Shown here piece after piece: positions 7,648-17,367 of a stretch of DNA of 64,000 nt (within the stretch, counting starts at the first letter, position 1; the number at the start of each line of letters is the position of its first letter). The position numbers and the translations under genes are program-made. The stretch is taken from assembly GCA_963784695.1 (NCBI GenBank), contig CAWARZ010000002.1, positions 2,395,513-2,459,512 on the forward strand, read 5' to 3'. Under the pieces are notes generated by a model. That model saw only the letters and a list, made by a program, of their open reading frames with translations. It was not told the DNA's origin and searched no databases. This DNA comes from an uncultured Chloroflexia bacterium. Lineage in GTDB: Bacteria; Chloroflexota; Chloroflexia; QHBQ01; JAICKM01.

Positions 7648-9463
7648 TTAGGGGTTCGGCGCGATCCACCACTGCGCCACATTCCACAGATAGAACGGCG
7701 ACGCGAGGTCGATCGGGCCATGCACACTCCGGCTCAGCGCCATGTAGTGCTGGTCCGACCAGAGCCAGTAGTAGGGCAGGTCCGTCCCCAGCAGCTGCTG
7801 GATCTGCTGATACAGCGCCGCGCGCTGCGGGAAGTCGTACGTGCTCCGCGCGGCGCGGCTTAGCTCGTCGAACTGCGGCGAGGAGTAGCCGACGTAGTTC
7901 AGGCCGTTCGGGTTGCTCGCGCTGCGGATCTGGCTCGAATGGAACAGCGCGTAGTCGTCCGGGTCGATCGTCTGGCTGTCCCAGCCCATGATCATCGCGT
8001 GGAAGTCGAAGGCCGGCGTGCGCGACGGGTCGATCTTGGCCTGGATCACCGAGTTGAAGTCGACCGGCGCCACGGTCGTGCTGATGCCGACCGCCGCCAG
8101 CGGCGGCCCCATAAGCTCCGCGGCCAGCCGCCGCGTCGGGTCGTCGGCGCGCACGTAGAGGTCCACCTTGAGCGGCTCGCCGTTCTTGTCCACGATGCCG
8201 TCGCCGTCCGTGTCGGTCCAGCCCGCCTCGGCCAGCAGCTGCCGGGCGCGCGCCGGGTCGCCGGTCAGGTGCGGCGCGTTCGGGTCGTAGGCCCACGATG
8301 CCGGGTTGATGTCGTTCCAGATCGGCACGCCCGCGCCGCCCGTCGCCGCGTTCACCAGCGCCGGTTTGTCGAGCGCCAGCGCCCAGGCCTGGCGCAGCCG
8401 TGGGTCGGCCAGCGCGTTGCCGGGCGCGCACGTTGAACGCCACGAAGTACGTGCTCAGGTCGGCCCAGCGGTCGAGCGTGAGCGCCGTCCGCGAGATCGG
8501 CTGCTGCGCCAGCGCGTCCCAGCTCGCCTGCGGCAGCTCGGCCAGCGACAGCGTGCCGCTCACTAGCGCCGCGGCCGCCACCTGCGGGTCGGGCGCCACG
8601 AGGAAGGCCACCCGGCTGATGTAGGGCGCACCGCCGTAGTAGCGCGGGTTGGCCGCCAGCACCACGTTCTCGCCCTCGGCGTGGCTGTCGAACTGGTACG
8701 GCCCGCTGCCCACCGGGTGGAAGCTGAACCCGTTGCTCGCCAGCTGATCCAGCGGCACGGTGCCCAGCAGGTGCTTCGGCAGGATCGGCGCCGCGAGGTC
8801 GACCAGGATTGGCGCGTACGGCTTCTTGAGGAAGAAGCGCACCGTCGTCGTCACGGGCACGCCCGGGCTGATCTGCAACACCGCGTCGCGCAGATGGTAC
8901 TGTAGCGCCGTGTTCGTCGGCAGGTTCAGCCAGGTGTTGTAGGTCCAGATGACGTCGTCGGCGGTCAGCGGGGCGCCGTCCTGCCATTGCAGCCCCGAGC
9001 GCAGCGTCATCGTGAGGCTCAGCCCGTCGGGCGCCACGTCCCAGCCCGAGGCCAGGTCCGGCTCGGGCTTCAGGTGATCGTCGATGCGCGTGAGCCCGCT
9101 GAAGATCAGGCCCGTCACCTGGGCCGCCGCGGCGTCGCGCTTGTCCGGCCCCTGGTCGACGAAGAAGGGGTTGAGCGTCGTCACGTCGTGTGGGATCCGC
9201 ACGGTCAGCGTCCCGCCACGCGGGATGTTGGCCGGCTCGGTCGCCGTCGGGCGCGGCGGCAGCGGGGTCGCCGCGGAGGTCGGCGAGCCCGGAGCCGCCG
9301 TCGCACCCGCCGGCACGGTGGCCGGCGGCCCGCCCGGCGCCGGGGTGGGAGGGAGCGGCGTCGGGCTCGTCGGTCCGAGCAGGTCGCAGGCGGCCAGGAG
9401 GAGACATAAGATCAGGCCGGCGATCGTCCGCGCCGGCCTGGTTCCGGGATTACGCTGCAGCAT
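7648..9463 (-). pseudogene. ABC transporter substrate-binding lipoprotein, peptide/nickel family 5; one frame change
   Basis: MLQRNPGTRPARTIAGLILCLLLAACD carries a lipobox, followed by a PT-rich linker and an SBP_bac_5-like body up to STYFVAFNVRA (ORF 7622..9463). It continues GNALADPRLRQAWALALDKPALVNAATGG... in the frame of ORF 7648..8355. The junction is at a C/G run near 8420-8430. Total length is 1 mod 3. Confidence 0.8.
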
Positions 9464-9468
9464 ACGGC

Positions 9469-9498
9469 ATTATACGCGACGCGTGCGCGCCGTGGAAA
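9469..9498 (-). promoter_or_regulatory. Candidate promoter of the binding-protein gene (near-leaderless)
   Basis: On the minus strand: TTTCCA, 18-nt spacer, TATAAT (9469-9474). Only 5 nt separate the -10 box from the ATG at 9463. Confidence 0.45.
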
Positions 9499-9529
9499 GG
9501 CACTCCGCCCTGCCCGCCCGTGCTCGCCC

Positions 9530-9559
9530 TTGACTCCGGCCGGAGGCGGTCCGTATAAT
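9530..9559 (+). promoter_or_regulatory. Candidate promoter of the GNAT gene (leaderless GTG)
   Basis: TTGACT (9530-9535), 18-nt spacer, TATAAT (9554-9559). The in-frame GTG at 9566 lies 6 nt after the -10 box and there is no SD sequence. Confidence 0.5.
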
Positions 9560-9565
9560 GCGCCT

Positions 9566-10258
9566 GTGAGTGAGTATAGTTGGCCCGCCGCGCCCGAGGG
9601 GCCCGACTCGGACGATGATCACGCCTCGCGCCTGGTGCACCTGCGCGACGGGCGCGTCGTCCTGCTGCGCCCCGCCGAGGCCGCCGACGCGCACGGCCTC
9701 CTGGCCGCGCTCAACGACGTGGCCGGCGAGGGCCGCTTCCTCCTGCGTCGCGCCTGGCAGCTCACCCCCGAGCTCGAGCAGCGCTGGCTGCGCGTGGCTC
9801 TCGGCGGCGTCGACCTCCTGCTGGTCGCCTGGCTCCTCGACGATGCCGAGATGCGCCGCGAGCTCGAGGTCGCCGGCAGCCTGTCGCTGGTGCGGGGCCG
9901 GCCTGAGTTCATCCGCCACACTGCCGACCTCAGCATGTGGCTCCGCTCCGGCTTCCGCGAGCAGGGCCTCGGCTCGGCCTTCCTCGAAACCGCCCTGGCC
10001 TGGGCCGCCGCGCAAGACACGCTCGAGAAGGTCACCCTTAGCGTCCGCTCCTCGAACCGCCGCGCCCTGAACCTCTACACCAAGTACGGCTTTGTCGTCG
10101 AAGGCCGGCGCCGCGCCTTCGTCAAGACCGAGGCAGGCTACGAGGACGAGATCCTCCTCAGCCGCTTCGTGGGCGCCGCGCCGCCCGAAGCGGCGACCGA
10201 GGCCCCGGCAGGCATGCCGCCCGACGACCAGGAAGATCCGGAGGATGATGCTCTGTGA
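9566..10258 (+). CDS. GNAT-family N-acetyltransferase
   Basis: Acetyl-CoA-binding core: LSMWLRSGFREQGLGSAFLETALAWAA...KVTLSVRSSNRRALNLYTKYGFVVEGR. The track start at 9530 (TTG) coincides with the -35 hexamer, so GTG 9566 is preferred. Confidence 0.8.
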   Translation: MSEYSWPAAPEGPDSDDDHASRLVHLRDGRVVLLRPAEAADAHGLLAALNDVAGEGRFLLRRAWQLTPELEQRWLRVALGGVDLLLVAWLLDDAEMRRELEVAGSLSLVRGRPEFIRHTADLSMWLRSGFREQGLGSAFLETALAWAAAQDTLEKVTLSVRSSNRRALNLYTKYGFVVEGRRRAFVKTEAGYEDEILLSRFVGAAPPEAATEAPAGMPPDDQEDPEDDAL

Positions 10259-11025
10259 GAAGTAGCCGGCTCGATTCCTCGGTGCCGCGCGGCCCCGGGC
10301 GCCACGCGTCGGGCGCCATGCCGGGCGCCGATGGTCCCGTCGCCTTCCGCTACCTGCCGCCCGTGCTGGCCACCTTCGGCGCGGCGGTGCTCCTGATCCT
10401 CGTCTTCGGGCTGATCTCGGCCGTGCTGGTCGAGGTCCTCCTCGCCTTCGTCGCGCCCGCGCCCGACACGCCGCCGCCGTCCATCCTCGCCACCGGGGGC
10501 TGTGGCCTGCTCACACTCGCCTTCCTCGGCGCCACCATCTACTTCGTCTTCGCGGCGTTCGTCGCCGGGCGCGACTTGCCGGCCCGCCCGGTGACACATA
10601 CCGGCGTCGTGCGGCTGAAGCACAGCGGCCGGGGCGGCGCCCGCTGGGTCGTGGTAGGCCCGCCGGAGAGCGCCGAGGCGGCCGCCGCCCGGCCCGTGCT
10701 CGCGCCGGCCGCCACTCCGCCGGCCGCCGGCCGCACCGGCGCGCGCGGGTTCGTGCGCGCCGGGGGCTCCTTCGCCTCGCAGATGCGCGACGCCCGCGTC
10801 GCCCCGGCCGCGCCGCGCGCCGACGAGCCGCTGCCCTTGCCCGAGCCCGTGCACCGGCTGCGCGAGGGTGAGGTGAACCTGCGCATCGACAAGCACATGT
10901 TCGAGGCGCTGGCGACCGGCGACCGGGTGGAGGTCGTCTGTTCCCCGCACCTGCAGCACGTCTACTACATCCGCAAGCACACGCCCGACGGCGCCATCGT
11001 GCTGCGGAATACCGCCTTGATCTAG
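10255..11025 (+). CDS. Hypothetical membrane protein (2-3 TM, soluble C-terminal domain)
   Basis: ORF with TM segments VLATFGAAVLLILVFGLISAVLVEVLLAFV and GGCGLLTLAFLGATIYFVFAAFV. GTG 10255 overlaps the GNAT stop; ATG 10318 is an alternative start. No family recognised. Confidence 0.5.
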   Translation: MRSSRLDSSVPRGPGRHASGAMPGADGPVAFRYLPPVLATFGAAVLLILVFGLISAVLVEVLLAFVAPAPDTPPPSILATGGCGLLTLAFLGATIYFVFAAFVAGRDLPARPVTHTGVVRLKHSGRGGARWVVVGPPESAEAAAARPVLAPAATPPAAGRTGARGFVRAGGSFASQMRDARVAPAAPRADEPLPLPEPVHRLREGEVNLRIDKHMFEALATGDRVEVVCSPHLQHVYYIRKHTPDGAIVLRNTALI

Positions 11026-11041
11026 CGCGCGCCGGGCCGGA

Positions 11042-11956
11042 GTGGGCCCCAACCCGATGAGCCGAGACTATTCGACCGACTATTTCCGCCGCCGCCGCAT
11101 GGGTGTCGCCTTCGCGCGCCCGTTCGACGCGCGCTCGCCCGCGCTCAAAGCCTACCGCCGGGCCGCGCGGCTCCTGCAGGTGCGCCCCGGTATGCGCCTG
11201 CTCGACGCGGGTTGTGGCCTCGGCACCGGGGCCTGGCTGCTGGCCATGCTCGGCGCCGACGTGACGGGGATCGACGTCTCGCCCGAGGCCATCGCCTGGG
11301 CGCGCGAGACATACGGCGGCGTGGCCCTGCGCAAGGGCGGCCGGCTGCGCTACGAGGTGGCCGATTTGCTGACCTGGGCGCCCGCCGCCGCCTACGACGG
11401 CATCGTCGTCGCCGACGTGCTCGAGCACTTCCCGCGGGCGCAGGGCGCCTTGCTGCTCGCGCATCTGATCGATGCGCTCGGCGCCCAGGAAGAGGCGCCC
11501 GTCCAGGGCTGGGCCGACGGCCTCTTCCTCCATCTGCCAATCACGGCCAACCTCATCGACTGGCCGCTGCTGGTCAAGAACCGCCTGCTGCGGGCACGCC
11601 TACGGGGCGCGGTGGTCGATCATCACGGCGACCCGACGCACGTCGTGCGCTATAGCGTACGCGACTTGCCCCGCCTGGCGCATGCCGCGCGCGCCCAGAT
11701 CGTGCGCCTCGAGCTCCGCGTCTACCGCCCGCGCCTGCGCTGGCTCGAGGCCGTCGTGCCCTACGCCGAGCATCCCTGGCTCACCCGGCTGGGCGGCAGC
11801 GCCGTCACCGACTGCGACGCGTTACTGCTGCCCGAGCTCGTGGCGGCCCTGCGCAACGCCGCCGCGGAGGCCGCTGCGTCCGCCGCGGAGGCCGCTGCGT
11901 CCGCTGCCGAGGAGGCGGGTGGCGCGGACGGCGAGGAGTCCGGCGCCGCCGGCTGA
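11042..11956 (+). CDS. Class I SAM-dependent methyltransferase
   Basis: Motif I LLDAGCGLGTGAWLLAMLGADVTGIDVS and motif II/III YDGIVVADVLEHF. ATG 11057 is an alternative start. Confidence 0.75.
   Translation: MGPNPMSRDYSTDYFRRRRMGVAFARPFDARSPALKAYRRAARLLQVRPGMRLLDAGCGLGTGAWLLAMLGADVTGIDVSPEAIAWARETYGGVALRKGGRLRYEVADLLTWAPAAAYDGIVVADVLEHFPRAQGALLLAHLIDALGAQEEAPVQGWADGLFLHLPITANLIDWPLLVKNRLLRARLRGAVVDHHGDPTHVVRYSVRDLPRLAHAARAQIVRLELRVYRPRLRWLEAVVPYAEHPWLTRLGGSAVTDCDALLLPELVAALRNAAAEAAASAAEAAASAAEEAGGADGEESGAAG
11861..11902 (+). repeat. Perfect 21-bp tandem duplication inside the methyltransferase 3' end
   Basis: gccgcggaggccgctgcgtcc occurs twice (11861-11881 and 11882-11902), encoding AAEAAAS twice. 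Confidence 0.9.
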
Positions 11957-11973
11957 GCCCCGCCGGCCCGCGA

Positions 11974-13416
11974 TCACGGCGCCTGCGCGGTGTTGCGCGT
12001 GCGCGTTTGCAGGAAGGCGATCAGGTCGCTGAGCTCCTGCGGCGTCACGCTGTCGGCAAACGCCGGCATGTTCACCCCGCCGTTCAGGATGCGCCAGGTC
12101 ATCTGCTCCTTCGTCAGCCGGCTGCCCACCGTGGTCAGATCCGGCCCGCGCAGTCCCCCGCTCCCCGAGATCGAGTGACAGTCCTGGCAGCCCTTCGTGT
12201 GGAAGAGCCGCGCGCCGGTAGCCACCGACCCGGTGGTCGCGCCCACGACCTCGGGCGACAGGGGCGGCGCAGTGAAATTCGGCGACCAGCTGCTGATCTC
12301 CCCGAGCACCGACAGGGTGCCGACCATCAGCACGACCAGGAGCGCCGTCGCCACGGCCCAGGGCCGCCGCGCCGGGCTGCGCTCGCCCCGGTTGAACAGG
12401 ATCGGCAGCAGGAACAGGATCAGCCCCAGCACGAGCGGGCCGCCGATGATCACGTAGTCCTCGACGCCGGGCGGCAGCAACGCCAGCGCGGCGAAGTACC
12501 ACAGGAAGTACCAGTCGGGCCGGGGATACGCTTGCAGGATCGTCGGGTCGGGCGGTTTGCCGAGCTCCGGCGGCCCCAGCCAGAGCGCCAGGATCACCAC
12601 GACGAGTACCACCGCCACCCCAAAGACGGCGTCGCGCCACGCGGCGTCGGGCCAGAACGGCACGCCGTCGCGCTCCAGTAGCTTGTGGTACCATTGCCGG
12701 TACGTCTTCGGGTCCACCGGCCGCCCCGCTTTCGGCGGCTCCGAGATGCCCACCCGGATGACCAGGTAGAGGTGCAATCCCAGCAAGGCAAAGATGATCG
12801 CGGGGATGAAGAAGACGTGGAACGCGTAGAAGCGGCTCAGCGTCGCGCCGCCCACCGTGTCGCCGCCCAGGATGAACTTCGCCAGCCACGGCCCCAGGAT
12901 CGGCGCGCGCCCGGCCTGCTCCGCGCCCACGATCACCGACCAGAACGCCGTCTGGTCCCAGCGCAACAGCTGGCCCGTGAAGGCCATGCCCAGCGTCAGC
13001 AGGAGCAGCACCGCGCCGCTCAGCCAGCTCACCTCACGCGGGTACTTATACGAGCCCATCAGGAAGACCCGCAGCGCATGGATGCCGATCAGCACGACCA
13101 TGGCCGTCGCGCCGAAGTTGTGGATCCCGCGCAGCATGTTGCCCAGCGCCGCGTCGTGGGTGATGAAGTTGATGCTCTGGTACGCGCTGCCGGTCGCCGG
13201 GATGTATGCCGTCGCCAGCGCGATCCCCGTGAAGACCTGCAGGATAAAGGTGAAGAGGGTGGCGCTGCCGAAGACGTAGAACCAGCCGGTGCGCCAGTCC
13301 GTGCGCGGCACGGGGTGGTCCAGGATCGGCTTGATTACCGCCCAGAGCCCGGTCCGGTCTTCGAACGCGTCCCACACCTGGAGCAGCCAGGCCCCTATCC
13401 GCTTCAGTATACCCAC
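11974..13416 (-). CDS. qcrB: Cytochrome b fused to a subunit-IV-like region and a C-terminal mono-haem cytochrome c domain (bc-type complex)
   Basis: Cyt b N-terminal core FGSATLFTFILQVFTGIALATAY...RGIHNFGATAMVVLIGIHALRVF...RFYAFHVFFIPAII. Subunit-IV-like PRPDWYFLWYF. C-terminal CQDCH haem-c motif with downstream Met (GGVNMPAF). Confidence 0.85.
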   Translation of the reverse strand: MGILKRIGAWLLQVWDAFEDRTGLWAVIKPILDHPVPRTDWRTGWFYVFGSATLFTFILQVFTGIALATAYIPATGSAYQSINFITHDAALGNMLRGIHNFGATAMVVLIGIHALRVFLMGSYKYPREVSWLSGAVLLLLTLGMAFTGQLLRWDQTAFWSVIVGAEQAGRAPILGPWLAKFILGGDTVGGATLSRFYAFHVFFIPAIIFALLGLHLYLVIRVGISEPPKAGRPVDPKTYRQWYHKLLERDGVPFWPDAAWRDAVFGVAVVLVVVILALWLGPPELGKPPDPTILQAYPRPDWYFLWYFAALALLPPGVEDYVIIGGPLVLGLILFLLPILFNRGERSPARRPWAVATALLVVLMVGTLSVLGEISSWSPNFTAPPLSPEVVGATTGSVATGARLFHTKGCQDCHSISGSGGLRGPDLTTVGSRLTKEQMTWRILNGGVNMPAFADSVTPQELSDLIAFLQTRTRNTAQAP

Positions 13417-13458
13417 GACTGTTGCTCCTTCTCCCCGATGGCGCGCCGCCGCTCCCCG

Positions 13459-13971
13459 CTAGACGATGGGGATCGGCTGGGTCAGGATCTCGACCTGCCC
13501 GTTATTCACGCGGACCTGATACTGGAACAGCGGGTGCGGCGGCGGCCCGGCCGCGACCGTCCCGTCGGCATAATAGACGCCGCCGTGACAGGGGCACAGG
13601 AAGAGCCGGGCGTCGGGCACCCACTGCACAGGGCACCCCAGGTGCGAGCAGTTCACGGCGAAAGCGCTGAAGGCGTTCGCCCCTTCTTTGCGCAGCCACG
13701 CCGCCGTCTGCGCCGACACCCCCGCCCACGCTAGCGGCGACGCGTCGATGAAGGCCACCTCGACCGTCTCGCCGTCCTTGAACAGATTGGCATCGCCGAC
13801 CGGCCGCCAGACCGACGGCGGCTGCTGCAGCAGCGGCGCGATCAGGAAGCTCACGAACGGGATGCCGACGATTGTCGCGCCGATCCCCCCGAGGATGACC
13901 GATAGCCAGCCCAGAAACTGCCGCCGGCTGACGGTGCCGTCGTCCGGCGTATCATGCGGTTCATGTGCCAT
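13459..13971 (-). CDS. qcrA: Rieske [2Fe-2S] subunit with Tat signal
   Basis: SRRQFLGW is a twin-arginine motif. CSHLGCPV...CPCHGGVY are the Rieske boxes. Confidence 0.9.
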   Translation of the reverse strand: MAHEPHDTPDDGTVSRRQFLGWLSVILGGIGATIVGIPFVSFLIAPLLQQPPSVWRPVGDANLFKDGETVEVAFIDASPLAWAGVSAQTAAWLRKEGANAFSAFAVNCSHLGCPVQWVPDARLFLCPCHGGVYYADGTVAAGPPPHPLFQYQVRVNNGQVEILTQPIPIV

Positions 13972-16030
13972 GATGCAACGCTCCCATCCGCGCGGTGCGG
14001 GCGCGGGCCCACCAGATCACGATCCCGCCCGCGGCGGCCGTCGCCGCGGCCAGCCCCCAGAGCAGCGCCGTGCGGCCCCCGAAAGCGGCCAGCCGGTCGG
14101 CAACCATGCCCGCGTACAACAGCGCCAGGTAGATGTTGGAGAACTTGAAGAAGCGCCAGGCCCGCGCCGTCGACTGGTCGCGCAGCAGTTGCAGCGCCCG
14201 CGCCACGAACGTCAGGCCCAGCACCAGCGCGGCGATCAGGTACAGGCCGCCCAGTGCCTGTGTAACGAACAACAGCACGGTCACCACGAGCACCAGCACG
14301 CTGTAGAGCACGATCTGCGTGCGCGTGGCCGCCGCGCCGCGCACCACCGGCAGCATCGGCAGCCCGGCCGCCCGGTAGTCCTCCTGCCGCACCAGCGCCA
14401 GCGCCCAGAAGTGGGCCGGCGTCCAGAAGAAGATGACGGCGAAGAACAGCACGGCCGGCAGGCTGACCCCGCCCGTCACCGCGGCCCAGCCGACGAGCGG
14501 CGGCACCGCGCCGGCCGCGCCGCCCACCACGATGTTCTGCACGCTGGTCCGCTTGAGCCAGATCGTATAGACGAACACGTAGAACAGGTTGCCGCTCAAC
14601 GCCAGCACGGCGGCGAGCAGGTTCGTCGTCAGCCACAGCTCCGCGAAGGCGGCCGCGCTCACCAGCACCCCGAAGGCCAGCGCCTTCGGCGGCGCGATCT
14701 GCCCGGTCACGATCGCCCGGTGCCGCGTGCGCCGCATCCGCCCGTCGATGTCCCGCTCCAGGTACTGGTTCACCGCGTGCGCCCCGCCCGCCGCCAGGCT
14801 GCCGCCGACGAGCGTCGCCAGGATGAGCCACCCCAGCGGCCGCTCCGTCGGCGCCTGCAGGTCGGCGATCAGCATCGCCGCCACCGTCGGCACGAGCAAC
14901 AGCGGGATGATCCGCGGCTTCATCAGCCCGAAGTAGAGCCCCGCCGTCTGCCATGCTGTGCGTTCGGTCGCCATCGTGGTCGGTAGCGGGTGCTCCGCCC
15001 GCGCAGGCACCGTGGCGCGCGCCGGCCGCCGGGGCTCCGGCGTGCCGCCGCCCGGTGGCGGCTCCGCCGGGTGGGCGGCCGGCGCGCCGATCCAGATGAA
15101 CGCCGTCATCAGCACCAGCGCGCCCCAGACGGCCGCCGCCAGCGCCAGGTGCGCGCTCTTCATCGCCGGGGGCGCCCCGGTCCAGATCGTCACTGCCCCC
15201 AGGATGACCTGCCCGACATAGATCACGGCAAGCACGTGCGTCGTCAGCCACAGCCGGCGGTGCGATCGCCGCGTCCGCCAGATCACGACGGCCAGCACGA
15301 TCAGCAGCACGTCCGAGAAGCCGACGGCGATGCGGTGGCCGTAATTGATCCATTGGTCCCAGGTCACCGGCAGCAAGTTCGCCGCCGCGCACTGCGGCCA
15401 GGCGGGGCAGGCCACGTCCGCCCCGGCGCCCACCACGGCCGACCCGGTGAACATCGCCACGTAGGTCCAGAGCGTCGTGCCCAGCGCCAGCCGGCGGATC
15501 ATGCGGCTCGGCTCGCCCACGCCCACCGGGCCCAGGTAGGCGAACAGCGTCAGCAGGATCAGCGCGGCCAGCAACAGCATCGAGTTGCCCATGTGCGCCG
15601 CGATCCAGGTCGGCGGCAGCTTCAAGATCACGGTGATCCCGCCAAGCACCGCCTGCGCGATGTAGGTCACCCCGGCGAGGATCGCCAGCCAGAAGAGGCG
15701 GCGCGGCCGCCGGTACCAGATCAGCGTGCTGCCCACCGCGGCCATCATCAGCCCGCCCACCAGCGTGGCGAAGAAGCGGTGGTTCCACTCGATCAGCTGG
15801 TGGTACTCCAGCTTCGGCAGCAGGCTCCCGTCGCACATCGGCCAAGTGGCGCAGCCCAGGCCCGAATCGGTGGCCCGCACAATGCCGCCGAGCACGATCA
15901 GCACCCAGGTGGCCGCCGCCGTCACCAGCACGAGGCGCTGGTACCAGCGTAGCGGCAGCCGCAGTTCGCGGATCGCGCCAGGCCAGGCCACTGGGCGCGA
16001 TTGTTCACGGAGCATGACGCAAGTCTCCAA
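13961..16030 (-). CDS. ctaA-ctaB: Fused haem A synthase (CtaA/COX15, N-terminal) and protohaem IX farnesyltransferase (CtaB/haem O synthase, C-terminal)
   Basis: The N-terminal half ([40 protein letters not shown]) is COX15-like. The C-terminal half ([14 protein letters not shown]...[26 protein letters not shown]) is UbiA-type haem O synthase. It is a single uninterrupted 689-codon ORF; ATG 16015 is an alternative start. Confidence 0.85.
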   Translation of the reverse strand: METCVMLREQSRPVAWPGAIRELRLPLRWYQRLVLVTAAATWVLIVLGGIVRATDSGLGCATWPMCDGSLLPKLEYHQLIEWNHRFFATLVGGLMMAAVGSTLIWYRRPRRLFWLAILAGVTYIAQAVLGGITVILKLPPTWIAAHMGNSMLLLAALILLTLFAYLGPVGVGEPSRMIRRLALGTTLWTYVAMFTGSAVVGAGADVACPAWPQCAAANLLPVTWDQWINYGHRIAVGFSDVLLIVLAVVIWRTRRSHRRLWLTTHVLAVIYVGQVILGAVTIWTGAPPAMKSAHLALAAAVWGALVLMTAFIWIGAPAAHPAEPPPGGGTPEPRRPARATVPARAEHPLPTTMATERTAWQTAGLYFGLMKPRIIPLLLVPTVAAMLIADLQAPTERPLGWLILATLVGGSLAAGGAHAVNQYLERDIDGRMRRTRHRAIVTGQIAPPKALAFGVLVSAAAFAELWLTTNLLAAVLALSGNLFYVFVYTIWLKRTSVQNIVVGGAAGAVPPLVGWAAVTGGVSLPAVLFFAVIFFWTPAHFWALALVRQEDYRAAGLPMLPVVRGAAATRTQIVLYSVLVLVVTVLLFVTQALGGLYLIAALVLGLTFVARALQLLRDQSTARAWRFFKFSNIYLALLYAGMVADRLAAFGGRTALLWGLAAATAAAGGIVIWWARARTARMGALHHGT

Positions 16031-16475
16031 TCCAGCCCGCCGCGGCGAGAATCAACAGCCCGAGGCCGACCGCCGAGACGATCCAGGAGGTCACGAGGCC
16101 CCAGAGCAGGAAGATAATTCCCAGCGCGAGCACCGCCGGCCAGTAGGTCGGCTGCGGGAGCTCATTTGGCCGCGGGTAGGCCCAGCCGGGCCGCAGGGGT
16201 GGGTGGGGCAAGTCGTGCCCGGTCAGGCCGGGCTCGGCGGCGGCCGCCACGGGCGGGGGCGCGGCCGGCCGCCCCGCCGTGCCCGGGGCCGCGCCGCGCG
16301 ATGCAGGCGCCGGGGTCGACGGCGCGTAGGTCGCGCGCCGCGTGTCGCCGTCGCGCCGCGTGAACGAGGTCACCACCGCGAGCAGCCCGACCAGCCCGCC
16401 CACGATCGCGCCGAGCACCACGCCGATGCGGCCGAGTGTTTGGCCCGGGCCCGACGAAGGTCGTTCAGGATCCAT
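16005..16475 (-). CDS. Hypothetical membrane protein inside the oxidase cluster
   Basis: ATG 16475 follows GGGAGGGG. There is one TM near the N-terminus and two at the C-terminus (WPAVLALGIIFLLWGLVTSWIVSAVGLGLLILAAAGW) with a Pro/Ala-rich middle. No family recognised. Confidence 0.5.
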   Translation of the reverse strand: MDPERPSSGPGQTLGRIGVVLGAIVGGLVGLLAVVTSFTRRDGDTRRATYAPSTPAPASRGAAPGTAGRPAAPPPVAAAAEPGLTGHDLPHPPLRPGWAYPRPNELPQPTYWPAVLALGIIFLLWGLVTSWIVSAVGLGLLILAAAGWIGDLRHAP

Positions 16476-16497
16476 GCGTTCCCCTCCCAGATTCGGG

Positions 16498-17367
16498 TTA
16501 GTGCGCGTGCGCCGGCACCTCGGCACCGGTCGCGCCCGGCTCGGCCGCCAGGACGGCAGGCAGGTCGTCCTCCGGCTCGCCGAACCAGCGTGTCAGCAGC
16601 GCGATCAGCGCCGTCAGATAGACCGCGCTCGTCGGGATCCACATCAGGATCCCCCCCAGTTGTTGATCCACGGCCGCCGTGAGTCCCCAGCCGTCGCGAA
16701 TGCCCGGCAAGATGCCGAGCACGTCGGCCGGGTGCAGATACGCAGGGTAGAGCCCCGCGGGAGCAAACGTCAGCAAGATGCCGAGCACGTCGTCGACGAG
16801 CGCGCCCATGACCAGGTAGCCGATCGCCGCCCAGGCGCCCAGCCGCCGCCGCTCCGGCACGGGCGCCACGATGGGCCACCAGAAGATCGTCGCGCTCATC
16901 AGAAAGCACAGGTGCTCGAAGGCGTGCACCCCTTCGCTGGCTAGCGCGGCGTTGTAGAGCGGCGGCGCGTGCCAGATCCAGAGCGTGGCGACGCCCAGCG
17001 CCCAGGCCAGCCCCGGCCGCCCCAGCACCCGCTCGGCCACATCCGCCGGCCGCCACCTCAGCAGCCGCTCCCACAGCGCGGCCGGGACCCCCAGCAGCAG
17101 CAGCGGCGGCACCACCAGCACCAGCAGCAGATGCTGCAGCATGTGCGCGCTGAACAGATACGTGTCGCCCAGCGCGTCGATCGGCGACACCAGGCTCAGC
17201 AGCAACACCAGCACCCCGCCCGCCCAGGCCGTGGCCTGCAATGTCAGGCGGAAGCGCAGCGCCAGGCCGTAGGCGACGAGCAGACCCAAGCATCCGGCGA
17301 CGATCGTCGGATCCCAGTCCCACGCGACCCCGAGCCGCTGCCACTCCCCGGCTGTCATGCCAGCCAC
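16498..17367 (-). CDS. ctaG: Cytochrome c oxidase assembly factor CtaG (caa3 type)
   Basis: Polytopic protein with LFSAHMLQHLLLVLVVPPLLLLG and FWWPIV motifs, as in Bacillus-type CtaG. It lies immediately downstream of ctaE. Confidence 0.7.
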   Translation of the reverse strand: MAGMTAGEWQRLGVAWDWDPTIVAGCLGLLVAYGLALRFRLTLQATAWAGGVLVLLLSLVSPIDALGDTYLFSAHMLQHLLLVLVVPPLLLLGVPAALWERLLRWRPADVAERVLGRPGLAWALGVATLWIWHAPPLYNAALASEGVHAFEHLCFLMSATIFWWPIVAPVPERRRLGAWAAIGYLVMGALVDDVLGILLTFAPAGLYPAYLHPADVLGILPGIRDGWGLTAAVDQQLGGILMWIPTSAVYLTALIALLTRWFGEPEDDLPAVLAAEPGATGAEVPAHAH

